Assembly (NCBI GenBank): GCA_964106645.2
Contig: OZ067051.1
DNA from: Podarcis pityusensis
Lineage: Eukaryota
DNA length: 64,000 nucleotides
Strand: one strand, 5' to 3'
Part shown: one piece after another, positions 61,601 to 64,000 of the stretch
Layout: each line of letters begins with the position of its first letter
Position numbering within the stretch: the first letter of the stretch is position 1
Notes under the pieces: model-generated
The model's input: only the letters and a program-made list of their open reading frames with translations
Told to the model about the DNA's origin: nothing
Database searches by the model: none
Made by a program: the position numbers and the translations under genes

Positions 61601-62442
61601 GGCACAAATGCCCACCACAATCTGCCGCTCCGGAGGCTGAGGGGAATGCCAGGAGATCGTCACAGAGCCACGGAAGGGAACTGCCCACCCGCTGCATCAT
61701 CAAGGAGCGCCTTCAGCAAGTCTGGATAACAAAGCCAAGAAGGGGCCGCACAAACGCCAGACCCTGGTCCAAGAGCAGCTCCAAGGGGAGACTGGGGGGT
61801 TGGTTCCCCTTTGCCCAATGGAAGAGGCAGCTGGTTGCCCAAGGGAGAACCTGCCTTAAAGGAGATGTCCCATCCACAAGCAGTTAAGTGGAGAGGACAC
61901 ATGAGCAGCCCCCTATGTGCCTTCTCCACAATAGGCACCGAGTTGTTTCACTGCCTTAAATGGGACTCCTTGGGAGTAAGAGAGCAGATTACTACCAAGG
62001 TGGAAGAAGCACCTCTTCCTTCCCCCAGAAGCCCCAAAATAGGGGAGCGTCTGCCCAAGTGCAGAGAGGTGCCCCTGTTTGCAACGAACAGCATCTGTTC
62101 AAGAGAGCTGCAGCCTCCCCAGGTGCAGGAGGGCAATTGGCCTAGTTGGGGAAGCCAAAAGGTCCTCCCTCTCAGATTACAGCAACAGACTCCCATCTGT
62201 ACACCACACACACATCCCAGAGGCCCAGGCATAAGCCATATATTGAGGGAGCCTATTGACACCTATGCCAGCCACACAAGGAGGCTCCTTACTGATTCTT
62301 CCTCCTCCTCGTCATCCTCAAAGAAGTCAATCTCATCCATCTTCATGTCTGATCCCGGGAGGTCCACCTCGTCATCTCGGGAGCCCACAAAGAACTTGGG
62401 AGTCGTGCCGTCGCCCTCAACGGTGGTCGTCCAGGACGACAT
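36876..62442 (-). CDS. PPIP5K1: Inositol hexakisphosphate and diphosphoinositol-pentakisphosphate kinase 1 (ATP-grasp kinase + histidine acid phosphatase + disordered tail); 29 core coding exons, ~1346 aa (~1407 aa with the 183-bp cassette)
   Basis: Exon peptides match VIP1/PPIP5K ([47 protein letters not shown]). Tail motifs ([31 protein letters not shown]) and MAP1A linkage indicate type 1. Exon lengths sum to 4041 nt, in frame. Confidence 0.97.
37983..38093 (-). CDS. PPIP5K1: PPIP5K1 exon [37 protein letters not shown]
   Basis: 111 bp, phase 1-1, GGT|gtaagt donor. Confidence 0.88.
38532..38675 (-). CDS. PPIP5K1: PPIP5K1 exon [30 protein letters not shown]...PGAAP
   Basis: 144 bp, phase 1-1. 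Confidence 0.9.
41592..41774 (-). CDS. PPIP5K1: PPIP5K1 probable alternative cassette exon [12 protein letters not shown]...[30 protein letters not shown]
   Basis: 183 bp, ccccag| ... AACG|gtacgg, phase 1-1, open frame, CpG-retaining codon-like composition. Confidence 0.75.
42768..42980. mobile_element. Tigger/pogo-type MITE, right end missing
   Basis: TA|cagtggtacct TIR; near-identical to the complete copy at 50815-51056. Confidence 0.85.
43600..43662 (-). CDS. PPIP5K1: PPIP5K1 short exon [21 protein letters not shown] (not in the ORF track)
   Basis: 63 bp, cctcag| ... AACG|gtacgt, phase 1-1; recognisable PPIP5K peptide. Confidence 0.9.
45089..45211 (-). CDS. PPIP5K1: PPIP5K1 exon [41 protein letters not shown]
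   Basis: 123 bp, phase 1-1. Confidence 0.93.
46814..46901 (-). CDS. PPIP5K1: PPIP5K1 exon [29 protein letters not shown]
   Basis: 88 bp, phase 0-1. Confidence 0.92.
47296..47460 (-). CDS. PPIP5K1: PPIP5K1 exon [14 protein letters not shown]...[15 protein letters not shown]
   Basis: 165 bp; CAGAAG (NAGNAG) acceptor. Confidence 0.92.
47936..48637 (+). mobile_element. 5'-truncated L1-clade insertion with a 15-bp TSD and (TA)n(CA)n tail
   Basis: CCHC knuckle [18 protein letters not shown]; TSD gataatgcagaaatc at 47921-47935 and 48638-48652. Confidence 0.88.
48964..49080 (-). CDS. PPIP5K1: PPIP5K1 exon [39 protein letters not shown]
   Basis: 117 bp, GT-AG. Confidence 0.95.
49197..49304 (-). 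CDS. PPIP5K1: PPIP5K1 exon [36 protein letters not shown]
   Basis: 108 bp, GT-AG. Confidence 0.95.
50163..50277 (-). CDS. PPIP5K1: PPIP5K1 exon [38 protein letters not shown]
   Basis: 115 bp, GT-AG. Confidence 0.95.
50400..51830 (+). mobile_element. L1-clade RT-to-3' fragment
   Basis: [17 protein letters not shown] (decayed FADD), VKYLGI, GLPDL motifs; AATAAA and A-tail. Confidence 0.85.
50815..51056. mobile_element. Complete Tigger/pogo-type MITE nested in L1
   Basis: TIRs cagtggtacct...aggtaccactg with TA TSDs. Confidence 0.9.
51927..52054 (-). CDS. PPIP5K1: PPIP5K1 exon [43 protein letters not shown]
   Basis: 128 bp, GT-AG. Confidence 0.95.
52141..52364 (-). CDS. PPIP5K1: PPIP5K1 exon [17 protein letters not shown]...ADVVIPQ
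   Basis: 224 bp, GT-AG. Confidence 0.95.
52532..52781. mobile_element. Second Tigger-type MITE family
   Basis: TA|cagttgtacctcagaa ... ttctgaggtacggctg|TA; internal palindrome gattggctgcagga..tcctgcagccaatc. Confidence 0.85.
53008..53149 (-). CDS. PPIP5K1: PPIP5K1 exon [19 protein letters not shown]...EDPKSA
   Basis: 142 bp, GT-AG. Confidence 0.94.
54192..54374 (-). CDS. PPIP5K1: PPIP5K1 exon [18 protein letters not shown]...EEDFEK
   Basis: 183 bp, GT-AG. Confidence 0.95.
54637..54758 (-). CDS. PPIP5K1: PPIP5K1 exon [41 protein letters not shown]
   Basis: 122 bp; weak donor AAG|gtcctt. Confidence 0.94.
54877..55005 (-). CDS. PPIP5K1: PPIP5K1 exon [43 protein letters not shown]
   Basis: 129 bp, GT-AG. 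Confidence 0.93.
55440..55700 (+). mobile_element. L2 fragment
   Basis: [33 protein letters not shown] motifs. Confidence 0.75.
56250..56335 (-). CDS. PPIP5K1: PPIP5K1 exon [28 protein letters not shown] (GC donor)
   Basis: 86 bp; keeping the frame requires AAG|gcaggt. Confidence 0.88.
56693..56802 (-). CDS. PPIP5K1: PPIP5K1 exon EVLDIARLL...[10 protein letters not shown]
   Basis: 110 bp, GT-AG. Confidence 0.94.
57032..57107 (-). CDS. PPIP5K1: PPIP5K1 exon [25 protein letters not shown]
   Basis: 76 bp, GT-AG. Confidence 0.94.
57249..57523. mobile_element. hAT-type MITE
   Basis: TIR tagggttgggcaata / tatcgcccagcccta; TSD not recognisable. Confidence 0.6.
57593..57679 (-). CDS. PPIP5K1: PPIP5K1 exon [29 protein letters not shown] (RHGxRxP phosphatase motif)
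   Basis: 87 bp, GT-AG. Confidence 0.95.
57975..58085. mobile_element. Palindromic squamate hAT-derived MITE fragment
   Basis: Hairpin actacaactcccatca ... tgatgggagttgtagt. Confidence 0.7.
58168..58269 (-). CDS. PPIP5K1: PPIP5K1 exon [34 protein letters not shown]
   Basis: 102 bp, GT-AG. Confidence 0.95.
58421..58542 (-). CDS. PPIP5K1: PPIP5K1 exon [41 protein letters not shown]
   Basis: 122 bp; CAGCAG (NAGNAG) acceptor. Confidence 0.95.
58921..59082 (-). CDS. PPIP5K1: PPIP5K1 exon [15 protein letters not shown]...KVCVAFK
   Basis: 162 bp, GT-AG. Confidence 0.95.
59178..59279 (-). CDS. PPIP5K1: PPIP5K1 exon [34 protein letters not shown]
   Basis: 102 bp, GT-AG. Confidence 0.95.
59647..59801 (-). 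CDS. PPIP5K1: PPIP5K1 exon [10 protein letters not shown]...SQRLFRK
   Basis: 155 bp, GT-AG. Confidence 0.95.
60766..60851 (-). CDS. PPIP5K1: PPIP5K1 exon [28 protein letters not shown]
   Basis: 86 bp, GT-AG. Confidence 0.94.
61246..61336 (-). CDS. PPIP5K1: PPIP5K1 exon [30 protein letters not shown]
   Basis: 91 bp, GT-AG. Confidence 0.94.
61441..61636 (-). CDS. PPIP5K1: PPIP5K1 exon [13 protein letters not shown]...ISFHSKG
   Basis: 196 bp, GT-AG. Confidence 0.95.
62293..62442 (-). CDS. PPIP5K1: PPIP5K1 coding exon 1 ([12 protein letters not shown]...DDEEEEES); exon starts at 62470
   Basis: ttgcag| acceptor above 62470, ATG 62442, TCA|gtaagg donor. Confidence 0.88.
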
Positions 62443-63649
62443 TCCAGACTGGGTGGCCAACCATCCCGCTCTGCAAGCAAGCCAGAATCAAAAGGGGACA
62501 GGGAGAGGAGTCTCCCCCGTGGCAGCAGAAGCCAGCTGGGAGGGATAATCACCCAACCCTCCAGCACTGCAGGAAGCAGCGAGGTGGTCTTACACTGCTG
62601 CATGTTTCAGGCTGCTGGCTAAATCAAGGAGGCAGAGGCGGCGCTTGGCCTGGCAGCTGCTTCCACCAGGGAGCCTCGCAGGGCACAGGCAGCTTCCTCA
62701 AACGCCGCCAGCTCTTCGCCAATCTGGGCAGCCTAAGGAAAGAAGGAAGTGCTGAGGATGGCAGCCACGAAGCGTCGCAAAAGAGGCACGTGGCTGGACA
62801 AGGACGCCAGCCCTGTCCATCCTGCCAAGGAGGCTGATGGATGCCAGGGCCAGAGAGGGAGGCATGGGCATGCCAACTTGCAAAGCTGGCAGCCACAGAT
62901 GGAAAGCAGAACAGCCCTCACCACTCCCACAGAACAAGAAAATGGGTTCCCTAATAATTCCTAACAATGGACTGCCCCTTTTCTCGCAGACTTCAGAAAA
63001 TTTTTAATAAGGAAAAGGCCATCTTGAGCTAAAGGAGCCCCACCTTTAACTTAAAATATCCTCTTTGCAAGGGCACAGATCCTTGAGAGCAGAGTGGGTC
63101 AGTGCTGGGCATGAGAAGCAGAGGTCCAAGGAAAAGATGTTGGCTGGAACTTACTTCTGAGAAAACGCACTTTGAACTGCATTGGCACTTGCTGGGAAAG
63201 TGACTGGTGCTGATGCCACCTGCCAGCCATGACTGCTCCCCAAGAGGCCGAAGGTCAGTCTTGACACAGCCTCAACTGCGGCGTGCAAGGATGAAGAACT
63301 CATTGACCCAGCACTTCTCATTCTCCAGGAAGAGCCCAGCTGCTGGGTCAGGCTAAAGGGACTCATCTGCACCAGCATCCAGGTTCCCACATTGGCCCTG
63401 TAAATGCTTCCATGGGAAGCCCCAAAGGATGTCTGGAGTGCAGCAGAAGCCCCCACGCCATGCTCCCCACCTGTGGCTCCCAGTGACTATCCTTCAGAAG
63501 CTCACACTCATTGGCTCTCCAACAGCAGAGGTGGAAACGAGCCATAGTGGCTAGTAACTCTGATGACTAAAACCTCCACTCTTGAAGCCATCCAAGTCGG
63601 TGACCATGGCTACATCTAGTGGCAGGCAGTTCCATAGTCCTGCCTTTTC

Positions 63650-64000
63650 CCTAGCCGGGATCTTCCAGCTCTCGTTTGGAACTCACTGTGGGATAGAGAG
63701 GCGGAGGAAAACTTTTCCATGCCCGCCATCGCCATACGGGGAAAGAGTTCACAACTGGGGCCCCCAGCCCGATCCCGGCAAGCAGAGAGCAAGCTCCTCA
63801 GGAGCGGGGAGAAACGCCCCCACCCCACCCGCGCCAGCGCCCCCTCTTCCCCTCGTCCGCAGAGAGCTCCCCACTCCCACGGAGGCTCCTGTGCGCGGAG
63901 CGGGGGGAGGAGCGGCTCCCGCGGAAATTCTCCCCGCCCCTCCCCCCCCCCCCGCCATTACAGCCGGGACCCCGAGGGGGCGGTGCTACGTAGGAGCGCC
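63650..64000 (-). promoter_or_regulatory. CpG island / PPIP5K1 promoter-proximal region (runs off the window)
   Basis: CpG-dense, GC boxes, ~1.2 kb upstream of the first coding exon. Confidence 0.75.

Noticed and set aside
1-64000. CRISPR arrays, rRNA/tRNA genes, operons or defence systems
   Set aside because: Eukaryotic intron-exon DNA; tRNA-like segments are SINE heads, and no regularly spaced repeats were seen.

Overview
This is eukaryotic vertebrate DNA. The repeats (Squam2/Squam3-type tRNA SINEs, CR1, L2, L1, Tigger-type and hAT MITEs) point to a squamate reptile, probably a lacertid lizard (inference). Two convergent protein-coding genes fill the window. (1) MAP1A (+): six coding exons are visible (4331-4432, 18691-18773, 19355-19495, the giant 8,329-bp exon 20072-28400, 30945-31177, 31697-31852), with a 3'UTR to AATAAA at 34342. 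The true first exon appears to lie upstream of the window, and a CpG island at ~10.5-11.7 kb looks like an internal alternative promoter. (2) PPIP5K1 (-), the bifunctional inositol pyrophosphate kinase/histidine phosphatase: 29 core coding exons from ATG 62442 to stop 36876 (~1346 aa by my exon sum), plus at least one cassette exon, with a CpG-island promoter at the right edge. The MAP1A-PPIP5K1 tail-to-tail order matches mammals. I found no new gene family and no prokaryote-type system; most six-frame ORFs are antisense or GC-rich artefacts. The most interesting signals are regulatory and structural: a run of symmetric phase-1 exons in the PPIP5K1 disordered tail with candidate unannotated exons and a dense RBFOX motif cluster; a frame-required GC donor competing with a GT 4 nt away; an overlapping uORF and an in-frame upstream exon at the PPIP5K1 start; a Met-free MAP1B-like N-terminal extension of MAP1A; an OposCharlie1-like hAT element with a GC-rich interior; and an L1 relic flanked by a 50-bp duplication. 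All exon boundaries were read by eye and checked for phase only.
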